DNA of 64,000 nt from Acidobacteriota bacterium. Lineage in GTDB: Bacteria; Acidobacteriota; UBA6911. Location: contig OY761556.1 in NCBI GenBank assembly GCA_963664705.1, positions 2,592,001 to 2,656,000 on the forward strand, read 5' to 3'. The notes beneath the pieces are model-generated. The model worked only from the letters and a program-made list of their open reading frames with translations, was not told the origin of the DNA and did no database searches. Of the stretch, positions 48,725 through 59,800 are shown piece after piece. Position numbers and translations under genes: made by a program. The stretch's first letter is position 1. Each line of letters opens with the position of its first letter.

Positions 48725-50500
48725 ATGATGAAAGCAATTATTTGCGTTACGGAATCAATTCTGCTGATATGCGCGGCTTTAGCTCAAACGACGCAGGCAG
48801 CACGGCCGATCTCTTCCTTTGGTCAATATCAGCCGGCGCCGCTTTATAGCGAAGCGATCACAACATCGCACTATTTGACCATGCGCGACGGCGTTCGCCT
48901 GGCAGTCAGCATTACACGTCCCTCTAATAATGGAAAGCCGGTTGAAAAGCGATTCCCGGTTCTTTGGCAACATACATTGGCGATAGCAGCGCCCGGTATT
49001 CAGGCATCCGGAAATGGAAGTGCGGGGGGGTATGGTGCGGTACCCAGCCTTGCCTACAACGGCTATATCGTCGTTCAAGTGGCCAGACGCGGGCAGGGGC
49101 CCTCATTTGGGAAACGCCGCGGATACAACGACCGCTCCGAAGCTTATGATGCCTATGAAGTGATCGACTGGCTTGCTTCGCAACCCTGGTCGACAGGTGC
49201 GGTAGGCGTATACGGCTGTTCAAACACTGGTGACGCATCCATGCACGCGGTTACATCGGCCAATCCGCATTTGAAGGCGGCTTGGGCAGGGTGCTTTTCC
49301 TGGGAAAAATACGATGGCTTCTGGCGCGGGGGAATCTACGCCAATTGGGGAACCGGCCCAGAACGCACCATTGAACAGGACATGGCAAATATTCCGGTGC
49401 AGGGAGATGAAGCAAAGGTGTTGCTGCGCCAGGCGGCAGAGGAACATCAAGGCGGCACCGTGCTCACTCAGATGTGGTCTGCCATGCCATTCCGTGATGA
49501 TTATGCCCCGGGAGTAGGCAGCCGTTTCTGGTATGAAGGGAGCGTCGCAAGCTATTTGCCGCAGATGAACACATCAGGCACCGCCATCTACATTCAAGGC
49601 GGCTGGCGCGATGATCTTCGGGGCCAGGGATTGCTAGCCTACGCCAACCTGACAAATGACCGGCATGTGGTTATAGGTCCATGGGGGCACTGCCAGAATG
49701 ACGATTTCAATATGCTTGCCGAAATGCACCGCTTTTTTGATCAACATCTGAAAGGAATAAATACCGGCATTTTATCCCAGGACCCGATTCACTATTTTAC
49801 GGTCAACGCTCCGGTGGGAACCGAATGGCGTTCCTCTAAAACCTGGCCGGTTGCAGGCACCCAGCAAATCAAATTCTATCTGGCTGGCGGTTCGAACGAG
49901 GGAGGGCAGCTGTTGTCTCAGGCTCCCGCCGGAGCAGAGACGCAAACATCCTTTACCGTTCGTTATGACGTGGATTGCCCCAGCCGGCCCAAAATGCCGG
50001 GAGGGATGCTAACCGGCGCTCCGCCCTGCCCTGTAAATCATGGCGGGCCGCGGTTCATTACGGCTCCGCTGGAATCGAACCTCGAGGTCACGGGCGATGC
50101 CGTCGTAGATCTCTGGCTTTCCTCAAGTGCCGTCGATGCAAATATCTTTGTTTATCTGGAAGATGTGGCACCGGATGGAACGACCACACAGGTCACCGAT
50201 GCACGATTGAAAGCCTCGCTCCGAAAGATCAGTAAGCCGAGGTACGAAAACAACGGCTTACCCTATCATCGCAGTCATAGAGAAGATGCTCAGCCATTAA
50301 AGCCCGGGGAGCCTGCGCATCTCATGTTTGCATTTCTGCCGGCATCCCATATTTTCAAAGCGGGCCATCAAATGCGGATCTCGATTGCAGGAGCGGATTA
50401 TCGAGAGCGCGATCGCACACCGGTTTCCCCTGCACCGGTGGTAACCATCCACAACACCCCAGCACACCTTTCTTTCGTGAGCCTGCCTATTGTCCGATAA
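48725..50500 (+). CDS. Secreted CocE/NonD-family hydrolase
   Basis: MRDGVRLA, RGQGPSFG, DAYEVIDWLASQPWSTGAVG, GCSNTG, GGWRD, IGPWGH, PepX_C-like C-terminus. Confidence 0.9.
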   Translation: MMKAIICVTESILLICAALAQTTQAARPISSFGQYQPAPLYSEAITTSHYLTMRDGVRLAVSITRPSNNGKPVEKRFPVLWQHTLAIAAPGIQASGNGSAGGYGAVPSLAYNGYIVVQVARRGQGPSFGKRRGYNDRSEAYDAYEVIDWLASQPWSTGAVGVYGCSNTGDASMHAVTSANPHLKAAWAGCFSWEKYDGFWRGGIYANWGTGPERTIEQDMANIPVQGDEAKVLLRQAAEEHQGGTVLTQMWSAMPFRDDYAPGVGSRFWYEGSVASYLPQMNTSGTAIYIQGGWRDDLRGQGLLAYANLTNDRHVVIGPWGHCQNDDFNMLAEMHRFFDQHLKGINTGILSQDPIHYFTVNAPVGTEWRSSKTWPVAGTQQIKFYLAGGSNEGGQLLSQAPAGAETQTSFTVRYDVDCPSRPKMPGGMLTGAPPCPVNHGGPRFITAPLESNLEVTGDAVVDLWLSSSAVDANIFVYLEDVAPDGTTTQVTDARLKASLRKISKPRYENNGLPYHRSHREDAQPLKPGEPAHLMFAFLPASHIFKAGHQMRISIAGADYRERDRTPVSPAPVVTIHNTPAHLSFVSLPIVR

Positions 50501-50561
50501 TGAAAGATTGCTTTCGAGTGCGGCCAGTTTTGCTGCTGATTTTGGTTCCCGAGTGCCGAAA

Positions 50562-50612
50562 AAAACGCCACGAATTTCACGAATTTAGGCTCCGTGAAAT
50601 TCGTGGCGTTTT
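50562..50612. terminator. Bidirectional terminator-like hairpin between convergent genes
   Basis: AAAACGCCACGAATTTCACG / CGTGAAATTCGTGGCGTTTT, perfect 20-bp stem flanked by A and T runs. Confidence 0.75.
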
Positions 50613-50624
50613 CGTTTTGCGGCA

Positions 50625-51968
50625 CTAGGCTTGGGCCAGTTCGTCGAGCGATTTGCCCTTGGTTTCTTTTCTGACAAACAGGAAGGCGGCAATAGCGCCA
50701 ATAATGGCCGGGACCAAATAGAACAGGAACGATATTTCCATTCCAAGCTGCATTCCTATAACAGCGCCTGAAACAATAGGAGCGAGCGCTCCACCCACGC
50801 GGCCAAACGCCTGACACCAGGATACGCCGGTATTGCGAAACTCCGTGGGATATCCTTCCGCCATTAGCGGCTGCACTGCCGTGATTGCATAATTTATGGC
50901 GAAGCCCATGAAAATGCTGGCGGCAAGGATTGGGACAAATCCTCCGCCTATAAAGGCCATCAGAATGATAGAAAAACCTCCAAGCAGATAGCTCATGATA
51001 AGGTTTGGCCTTCGGCCTATCACTTCAGAGACAAAACCGGTCGAACAATTGGCAATTACTGCCGCGCCATTGTTGGCGATGGCGAGAGCATATGCGGAGG
51101 TTAACTGAAACCCCTTTTCCAGCATCAGCGATGGAAGCCATGCGTTGAGGCCATATACCGTGAAGCAGCCGCAGAAATAGGTGATCCAGACACCCGCGGT
51201 GATAGTGCGGTATTCTTTTGAGAAAAGCGCCCGGGGGCCCGCGATTTTGGGAACCGGTGGAACTATTAGCGCATTGGGATCTCGATGAGTAATGATGCCG
51301 GTCGCCATGCTCTCGATGCTGGCAAGGATTTCAACCGCTTCCTTTTTGCGTCCTTTGTTGGCCAGCCAGTAAGCGGATTCCTTCATTCGAAAATACAGGA
51401 ATACGGAGTAGAGGAAAGGAATTCCTCCAATCAGGTAGCAGACCCTCCACCCATGGTGCGGAACAAGCAGCGTCGGGATCAGCCCCCCAAGTACCCAGCC
51501 CACAATCATCCATGCCATACCGAAAGTGATGAACAGAGCGCGGCGGGCGGTAGGAGTGGATTCAGAAAAAATTGTTGTGACCACCGGAATGCAGGCGCCC
51601 AAACCCACGCCTGCCAGTACACGGAAGAAGGCAAATTGTCCAAAGGAAGATGAAAAGTAGATCGGTATTGTTAGCAGCGAATAAGCAGCGATGGAAAAGA
51701 TAAGCGTTTTCCTTCGGCCTATCTTATCCGAGATGATTCCGGCACACGCGCCGCCTATGATAAGTCCGATGAGGCTCCAGGAGGACAGGCTTCCGGTCTG
51801 TACCTTGTTTAATGCCCACTCCGCTGATATCTGCGGCATCGTATAGGAAACAACCATATAGTCATAGCCGTCAAAAACCATTGCCATGCCGAGGAAGAAA
51901 AATATGGACCAGGTAAACTTATTGACGCCCAAAGAGTCCATTACTTCAGATATTGTAAAACCTTTCAC
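50625..51968 (-). CDS. MFS transporter, aromatic acid:H+ symporter-like
   Basis: FDGYD, SDKIGRRK, RVLAGVGLG, ESAYWL, EGYPTEFRNTG, GRVGG. AAGGAG RBS. Confidence 0.88.
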   Translation of the reverse strand: MKGFTISEVMDSLGVNKFTWSIFFFLGMAMVFDGYDYMVVSYTMPQISAEWALNKVQTGSLSSWSLIGLIIGGACAGIISDKIGRRKTLIFSIAAYSLLTIPIYFSSSFGQFAFFRVLAGVGLGACIPVVTTIFSESTPTARRALFITFGMAWMIVGWVLGGLIPTLLVPHHGWRVCYLIGGIPFLYSVFLYFRMKESAYWLANKGRKKEAVEILASIESMATGIITHRDPNALIVPPVPKIAGPRALFSKEYRTITAGVWITYFCGCFTVYGLNAWLPSLMLEKGFQLTSAYALAIANNGAAVIANCSTGFVSEVIGRRPNLIMSYLLGGFSIILMAFIGGGFVPILAASIFMGFAINYAITAVQPLMAEGYPTEFRNTGVSWCQAFGRVGGALAPIVSGAVIGMQLGMEISFLFYLVPAIIGAIAAFLFVRKETKGKSLDELAQA

Positions 51969-52071
51969 GATTTCGTTCTCCTTCTGCACCACTGCATTAT
52001 CGGAGGCCAAGCCCTTGGAGTGCGGCCGCCTTACAGCTGCAAAGCGACCGCATTCCATCTTTGGGGCAACA

Positions 52072-52644
52072 TCAGTACAAGCGGAACCAGGAAGTCCCGG
52101 GGTTAAAGATCACCACCGGTTTCCTGTCGCCTTTTGCCACATTTAGTGAAAGCCAGCATTCCAACACATCCCCTGAACGAAGCACTGGACCCCGTCCTGT
52201 CTGCGCGGTCAGAATCGCCGGCTCTTCATAGGGTTTTCGGTCTTCGGAAAAGGCGCTAAACTGCATTCCTTTTACTTCCCAGGGCTTATCCCCGGGAGCA
52301 CCACGCGCTTTGTATTCAAACCGGACACGTGCAAGAACCGGCTCCGAATCCTGTTTTGCCTGCACACCGGACTTACCAAACTTCTTCAGCACTTCGACGC
52401 ACGCCTCACCCCGAACAATCTCGGCCACCGCTATTTTGAGGTCATAGGTCTCGGGCGAAACATACATATCACTGAGTTCAACGATGGTCGACACGGTTGT
52501 TCCAACCAATGCCGCATCTTCGGAGGAAATGCCTGTCCCTGGTTTCTCTTGTTTTGCCGGTTCTGATTTTTCAGAACAGCCGGTCAGAGCGACCAGGGTT
52601 ATAGTCAAGATGCAAGTGCAAATCGCTGGGAATCGCATTGGCAA
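52072..52644 (-). CDS. Lipoprotein, DUF4352-like, partner of selenoprotein copy 2
   Basis: LTGC lipobox; YDLKIAVAEIVRG...VLARVRFEY...KPVVIF...FRLY. Paralog of 43433-43999. Confidence 0.75.
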   Translation of the reverse strand: MPMRFPAICTCILTITLVALTGCSEKSEPAKQEKPGTGISSEDAALVGTTVSTIVELSDMYVSPETYDLKIAVAEIVRGEACVEVLKKFGKSGVQAKQDSEPVLARVRFEYKARGAPGDKPWEVKGMQFSAFSEDRKPYEEPAILTAQTGRGPVLRSGDVLECWLSLNVAKGDRKPVVIFNPGTSWFRLY

Positions 52645-52648
52645 ACCT

Positions 52649-54409
52649 CTATTTCCATTTATCTATGGATGCACTGGCCAGATATCTAAAATCGCCCGCA
52701 TACCAGTAGGGATTGGTCTCGCCACCAACCACGACGATCTCCACCCCTGCTTTTGGGCTAAAAAGCGGCAGGGGAGAATCGGATTCCGGCGCTCGTCTCA
52801 AAAGAGAGGCATATGGCTGAACTCCCGCCTTAGCCTTATTCAGATAATCCGGCATAGCGTTCCAGTAATTCCACATCGTAAAGTGCACATGCTCGGTCAG
52901 CCACTGACTTAGCTTTTCTTTCGTTTCGAAAGCTTCCTCTTCCTGAAGAGCTCTGGCGGTGACCGGATCGACAATCAGTGTTCCTGCCGTCTGGATGTTC
53001 ACCCCTGGAGTATGGTGGGCGCCAGCCCCGCTCATCTCCAACGCCACCATTTGACGCCTCATCAATTCATGATATTTGTCTGGATTATAGGCGCTGTAAT
53101 TCAGGAGCGTCCACCCGTTGAAAACGCTCACAACACTCTCTCTCTGCTTAAAGCCCTTTTGCACATGCAGAGGCTTCCAGCCGGACGGCAAAGCTTCTTC
53201 TTTCTCGGCAAAACATAGGTTGTTGTAATTGTAGTTATTTCCGAATGTCCCAAGATACGTTGTCCCGGCTTTCCCGCCGCCACCGAGGTTTTTGGTGATA
53301 AATGTCCACGTCCTGCCAATCACGGCATTGGCCTCATCGAACGGACCCAAGGCACCTATCCCCATATTCATCTTTAGTTCGTTTCTTATGGGGCCATTGG
53401 TTACCATCATCCGGGCCATGGAGGATGTCGATGAGGGAAGCGAAGCTTGCCCTGTTGCAGCCAAAGCCAGGATGACCGGGAGGTGTTTCGGTTGGGCACC
53501 TGCCATCACGGCATTGACGGCAACCATTTCGACCGTATACTTCCAGGGCGCCTGCGCGGGCGAGGGCATCATCTGACCGACGATTTCATCGGGCTTGTGG
53601 CTCGTCCCTTTAAGCATTTCTAAAACTCTCTGTTCGGTGGGGAGTGCTATCATGAGCCCATCGGTCCAACCGTTTTCTACAAACTGGTGCTCCAGGTTCT
53701 GAACTGTATCCGGTTTCAGCAACCTTTCCCGTGGCTTTTCAACGAATCCAGTCTTCTTGTCTTCCTCCGATAACGGTTTGGTTAAAGCTGCTACGATCTC
53801 GTCAATAACGGGCTTCCCAGTCAACGGATCGCTCCCCTCAATGTATTTTCGGCACTCTTCCGCGGACTTATTCGAAACCGGGTGATGAATAAAGGTAAAC
53901 CGTTCACGCGGCATTCCTTTGCTGATGGCAGTTGCCTCTGCAACCTCTTGAAATCGTCCAGTGACAATAGGGGCTACAGGCACTCCGAGTTTTTCGACCG
54001 TAATAGCATGGCTGGCGACCGCCGGCGTACAGCTGCTTCAATGGCCAACGCCAATGATCATTCCCTGCGCATTCGCTTTGATTTCCTCCCACAGTTTCGG
54101 ATCATCGTCAAAGTAGGTGCCCGCCTTGCTTTTAACCACCCATTTGGTTTTGGGATACTTTTCCGAAAATACTTTTTGAATTTCCTCGAATAACTGGTGC
54201 GTCAGTGGATACATCACGTCCACGATGTATATAGTCTTCCCTTCCAGCGTATCCATCCGAGGCGCCATTGGAAGCAACGGAGTTGGGGAAGGTGCGCCGA
54301 CCGGATTCAGGACAGTTATCGTCTTCTGTTCGGGGTTTTGAGTGCAGGCAACGAACAGACAGGTAAGAAGACAGATTCCAATTTGCAGCCAACCCATGCT
54401 CTTTTTCAC
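52649..54409 (-). CDS. Exported (probable lipoprotein) UGSC-family selenoprotein, copy 2 (Sec at TGA 54038-54040), about 586 aa
   Basis: ORFs 54038..54409 and 52649..53983 are in frame. Read-through gives IIGVGHUSSCTPAVASHAITVEKLGVPVAP. UGA is at the same position as in copy 1; SECIS-like hairpin; FVAC lipobox-like. Confidence 0.88.
54005..54037 (-). promoter_or_regulatory. Bacterial SECIS-like element, copy 2
   Basis: UGA-AGCAGCUGUAC-GCCGGC-GGUC-GCCAGC-CAUGCU; GGUC loop 17 nt after UGA, one C-A mismatch. Confidence 0.7.
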
Positions 54410-54463
54410 GGTCTATCCTCCTTTTAGGGATGCCTCAGTCACCACAACGGCTCGTAAGGAATG

Positions 54464-56116
54464 CTACTTCCAGGGCTTTTCCGCAGCAGCATTTTCACCG
54501 GCGATGCGGCCAAATGCTATCGCTTCCGGAATGTTGCTCCCACCCGGGTATAAAAATCCGAAGAACGAACCGAATTCGCCGGCGGAATAGAGCCTTGGAA
54601 TAGGTTTGTTGTCCTTGTTAAGCGTTTGCGCCCTTCCGTTATGTTTGGGGCCACCCTGCGTATTGGTAACAGTAAGTGCCAATTCCGCCGCATAGTACGG
54701 CGGGCTGGATACAGGAAACAGATTTTCGGGACGACGCTTGAAGTCAGGATCATTACCGGACTGGCAGTATCCATTGTATTTCGATACGGTTGTTTCAAGC
54801 CCGGCTGAATCGATCCCCATCTTTGATGCAAGTTCCTTGATCGTATCCGCTTTCAGAACCCAGCCCTTTTCAATTTCTGCAGTGTTATCCGAACTCCATT
54901 CCACAACCTTGTGAACATGATTCCATTGGAAGGTATTTTTCGGAACCAATGCCTGTTTCGCGCGATAGGCTTCATCAAAGATGATATAGAAGGGCTGATT
55001 GGGGTATTCGACCCTCTCATGGTCAAAGTAGGTTAATTCCAGCGATTCCTTAATATGCGTCAGACTTTTGGTATCGTTCATGAATCGCTTGCCGTATTTG
55101 TTTACAAGGATGTAATTACCCGGAACACCGGCATTGGTGCAAATCCCTGCCATGACCGAGATACCGAATTTCTCGCTGGGAGCTTTGACGCAGGGGCCGT
55201 CCCATTCGAGATTGCAGGTATGCCAAAGCGGAGCGCCAACCTCGGACATCATTTTGATGCCATCCCCCGTATTGTAGGGACTCCCCCAAGGATATATTTT
55301 GATTCCAGGGAAATTGAAGTATACCTGCATCTCGTAATTGGCTTCGTAGCCACCGCATGCAAGCACGACCGCCTTTCTGGCCTTTACATAAATCTGCCTG
55401 CCGTTCTGCTCCGCCACAACCCCCAGGATGGATTTATCTGCCGGATTTTGAACCAGTTCTTTTGCAGGAGTTTCATATAAGACGTCAATGCTCCTATTCT
55501 GCAGGCAGGTTTTGTGAGCCAGATACAGTTCCTTCCCAGTTCCCATGCGGGCATAGCCTTTTGGCGGCACGATTGCGTATATCCTGTTGCCTCCCGCGCC
55601 TGGCAGCAAACTGAGGCCCGAAGGCACCCGAACCGGCGCAGCCGATGCCGGCTTGTTTGCGGGCTTAGCCGAACCCATTTGGACCGGTGCAGTATCTATA
55701 CCGATTTTTTTTAGCTGCGCCGGAACTTGCAGCATTGCTTCCGCCATATCAGCGACAAGATCTTCGGGAACAGTCCCAAAGGCAAGGGCCCGATAATACT
55801 TTCTGGCATCCTCGATGTCTGACGGTATCGACATCCCCCCACCGGAAACCGATGAATTTCCGCCTGCAAATTGCTCCGGCGCTTTTTCAAGGATCAGAGT
55901 TTTCGCACCTGCATCATGGCTGGCAATCGCGGCATTACATCCGGCATACCCGGCACCCACTACCACAACATCCGCTTCACGATCCCATTTTGGAGGAAGC
56001 CAGGGCCGAGAGCCATTGCCCGAAGCGGCGTTACCGCTCACATTCCCAACGAACACTGCGGCTGCAATCCCCGTGGTACTGCTGCGAACAAAGCGCCTGC
56101 GTGTCAGTGAACTCAT
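54464..56116 (-). CDS. Tat-exported FAD-dependent oxidoreductase (FAD_binding_2, flavocytochrome c / ketosteroid dehydrogenase-like)
   Basis: TRRRFV Tat motif, VVVVGAGYAG, GGNSSVSGG, VVLACGGY, NTGDG, TQGG, RLYSAGE, GRIAG. Confidence 0.92.
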   Translation of the reverse strand: MSSLTRRRFVRSSTTGIAAAVFVGNVSGNAASGNGSRPWLPPKWDREADVVVVGAGYAGCNAAIASHDAGAKTLILEKAPEQFAGGNSSVSGGGMSIPSDIEDARKYYRALAFGTVPEDLVADMAEAMLQVPAQLKKIGIDTAPVQMGSAKPANKPASAAPVRVPSGLSLLPGAGGNRIYAIVPPKGYARMGTGKELYLAHKTCLQNRSIDVLYETPAKELVQNPADKSILGVVAEQNGRQIYVKARKAVVLACGGYEANYEMQVYFNFPGIKIYPWGSPYNTGDGIKMMSEVGAPLWHTCNLEWDGPCVKAPSEKFGISVMAGICTNAGVPGNYILVNKYGKRFMNDTKSLTHIKESLELTYFDHERVEYPNQPFYIIFDEAYRAKQALVPKNTFQWNHVHKVVEWSSDNTAEIEKGWVLKADTIKELASKMGIDSAGLETTVSKYNGYCQSGNDPDFKRRPENLFPVSSPPYYAAELALTVTNTQGGPKHNGRAQTLNKDNKPIPRLYSAGEFGSFFGFLYPGGSNIPEAIAFGRIAGENAAAEKPWK

Positions 56117-56509
56117 GGTTTTATCCTTTCGAGTCTTTCAGTTCCCTGCAAACTACTCCGACGATCATCCGCTCAGTCCGGCATCTGTGGCTGCAGGTCG
56201 GCGCGCAGAAGCCATCGCCGGCGGCGGTAGCCTCCCGTTGACAACAAGCAATCTTCCAGGTCTCCCCCTGCTTTGGGCCTGTTTTGTTGGCAGCGAGTTC
56301 GAACGTAGTGCTACGGCATTCCCAAATTGCGGCCCTGGCATGGATCGAAGCCAAGTGGCCGAATGAGGAATCCATGAACGATTCGACCCTCTTCCCCAAA
56401 TTCTCCGCCACATTTGATATATGTGAGTGATTCAGTGCGCGTCCTCAGTCTGGCGACTATTCGCAACGGAGATTAATATATCATAATTTTCACATGTGGA
56501 ATAACCATG

Positions 56510-56563
56510 TGTCACATTTATGTGACATATCTCTTGACAATGCGTCCGCACATCGCGTAGCTT
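56510..56563 (+). promoter_or_regulatory. Operator plus promoter, copy D (TonB-dependent receptor)
   Basis: TGTCACATTTATGTGACA-TATCTC-TTGACA-N18-TAGCTT. Confidence 0.75.
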
Positions 56564-56845
56564 AAAATCACTGTCAGTAGCGACTGGAGCCCTTGAGAAG
56601 GGGCCCCTGTAGTGGATAGGTCTTTTCAAGCAGATTTAGTATTCCCCAGATTGTAGAAATTTGCATGTTGCCTCGGGACGTTGTTGTCCAAAGAGGGTAA
56701 GCTGCCACCGGCGTTAGAGTGGGAGCCCTCTCAAAGGAAGCAGTTTGTTCACGAGGCGCAGCTGTCTAAACAGGTTGGCTGATATACCAAACCGGCCGGT
56801 ATTTTTGTGCGTCTGTTCAATTGCAGGCGCTAGGGGGTGTTGCCC

Positions 56846-59800
56846 ATGCGTTCAAGTAGGTGCTTGATTGCAGTTGCTTGCCTTATCCTCGTAGCAGTCC
56901 CGGCTTTGTGCCAAAGCGACCGAGGTACCATAACCGGGACCATTTCGGATCCCGCCGGCGCTATGATTTCGAATGCCCCGATTGAAGCCAAGAACACACA
57001 AACAGGAGCTGTTTATCAGACTGTCAGTTCCACCACAGGCAATTTCACTCTACCCCAACTGCCTGTCGGAGTTTATCAACTGACTGCGACGCAACCTGGA
57101 TTTAAGCAGTATTCGCGAACCGGAATCACGGTCATGGTTGCGCAGACTCTTCGCATTGATATTCCGCTGGAAGTCGGAAACATCAGCGAAACCGTTTCAG
57201 TGAGCGCGGATGCTCCCCTCCTGAAAACGGAGAGCGGAGAGCTGAGTCACAATGTCACAGCTGAACGTATGGAGAGCCTTCCCTTAGTGGGATTTTCCAC
57301 CGTCCTGCGCGATCCATTAGCCGTTATGGCACTCATCCCGGGCACGCTGTACCAGAACAGAAACTGGTTTCGCGTCAATGGAGCTCCTTCAGCTACGCTG
57401 AGCATGCGCGTGGAAGGTATGGAGGCCACCAATGGAATGCTGGCACAGAGCACTGGGATGAATCAACAAAGCATGGCTGCAATCGAGGAGTATGCGATTC
57501 AGACCAGCAACTATGCCGCTGAGTATGGACAGGCCGGCGGTGGTTATATCAACATGACCATGAAGTCCGGCACCAACAACTATCATGGGAGTGCGTACGA
57601 TTACTTTTCCAATGAGGCCCTCAACGCCGCGCAGCCCTATGTGAACACCAAACCGCGCGTGCGCAGAAACGACTTTGGGTTCACGCTTGGAGGCCCCGTA
57701 TACATCCCAGGCATTTATAACGGCCACGACAAGACGTTCTTCTTTTTCAACTTCGAGGAATACCGCGAGCAAACGCGATATAACAATACTACCTACACGA
57801 TGCCGACAGACGCCTACCGCAACGGTGATTTTCGCCAGGCTTTGACCGGCAAGAATCTATGTGGACCAGATAATTTGAGCACGCCACAGGATGAATCGAA
57901 ATGCGATCCGCTGGGCCGCACCATTATGGAAGGCACAATCTACGATCCGCAGACCGAACGCCTCGTCAACGGTGTGCGCGTTCGAGATCCGTTCCAGTAC
58001 CAGGGGGTCCTTAATACAATTGATCCGGCCCGATTCGATCCGGTTGCGGTCAATATCCAGAAATTTATTCCACTGACTACGAATTCGGGTATAACCAACA
58101 ACTATCTGCATGTATGGGATAGTCCCAATATTCGATGGATTCCAGGCTTCAAGATCGATCACAACATAGGCAGCCGCTCCAAGCTGGCATTCTTCTGGTC
58201 TGCAACACATAACAATCAAATTCAGGCCCCCGGGCCTCCGGGAGGGGACGGCATTCCAACGGAAGCCTCTACTGCAAGGCAAACGCTCCAAAATGCATAT
58301 TTGACACATCTGAGCTTTGATCAGACGCTCACCCCAACCATGGTGCTTCATCTGGGCACCGGCGTTCAGAGTTTGATTTTCGAGGACCCGGCGGCCAATA
58401 CCCACTTCGACCAGCAAAAAGAGCTCGGCCTCCCAGGATCGCTGTACACCGTCTTCCCATTCATTTCGGGACTCTCGGCGGCTCGCGGCGGCATGTCGGC
58501 ACGATCTGTTACGGTGCCGACAGGCAACATGGGACCTTTCATGCAAACCCGCTCTGTTATGTTCAAGCCCGCCGCAAATGTCAGCCTCACCTGGGTAAAA
58601 CAAAACCACACCTACAAGTTCGGTGCGGAAGGGCGTTGGGAAAAATTTCCCACCATCCTCTATTACCCCTCCTACGGTGGATACAACTTCAGTGCCGACC
58701 AGACCGGGCTTCCCTCAACTCTGGGGCAGAATTTGGGGGGCGGCACAGTCGGATTCCCGTACGCGAGTTTCCTCCTGGGGCTCGTTGCAGATGGCAATAC
58801 CGGAGTTGCCAGCGCTCCCCGGCTGGCCAAATCGGCATGGTCTATGTTTGCTCAAGACACCTGGAAAGTGACCCGCAAATTCACGCTTGACTATGGATTA
58901 AGGTGGGATTACCAGGATTACTTTAAGGATTCGCAGGGCCGCGTTGCAAGTTTCTCGCCCACCACGCCGAATCCTTCAGCGGGCGGCCTGATGGGAGCCG
59001 TGATCTATGAAGGCCCCGGAACTGGGCATTGCAACTGTGACTTCGCGCGGGTTTATCCTTTCGCATTTGGCCCTCGATTGGGAGCCGCCTATCAGATAAC
59101 GCCCAAAACAGTCCTGCGCATGGGGATAGGCATTTCTTACGGGCAAACGGCAAGCGAGAGTCAGACATCGTGGAAAGTTGGAGCCAATAACCCGTATAAA
59201 AATCCTGAGTTCGGCACGGCGGCGGGTCTTTTGCGCAATGGCATGCCAACTCCGCCTTCGTGGCCCATCTTAAACGCCGGGTTGTATCCCCGTGCGGGTA
59301 CGCTCAGCGCGCCCCCGGTTGCCATCGATCGCAACGCCGGTCGGCCGCCGAGGCAGATACAATGGAGTATAGGAATTCAGCGCGAGATCTTTGCCAACCT
59401 TGCCGTGGAAGCCTCTTATGTCGGCAACCGCGGTGCCTGGTGGGAAGCAAACGAACTGATCAATGTCGACGCGCTGACACCTGAACGGATTGCCGCGGCC
59501 GGGCTCGATGTTACCAGCGCGGCAGACCGACTTCTGTTGACCTCTCCGCTGAATTCAACGCTGGCAGCGCAACGCGGCTTCAACAAGGCGCCCTACGTGG
59601 GTTTTCCGATGACGGCTACGGTGGCCCAATCGCTGCGCCCGTTCCCGCAATTTCAGGGCTCGGCCAACAATGTACCGGCAGTCTCCTATCTCTGGGCTCC
59701 TCTCGGCAGAACCTGGTATGACTCGCTGCAGGTAAAGGTAACCAAGCGCTTTTCCCAGGGGTTGGATCTCACCAGCACATTTACCTGGCAGAAAGAGTTG

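Noticed and set aside
52015-52060. GGAGTGCGG...CCGCATTCC palindrome (similar sequences near 50515 and 56300) as an ncRNA
   Set aside because: Looks like short degenerate REP-type palindromes; too little evidence for a discrete feature.
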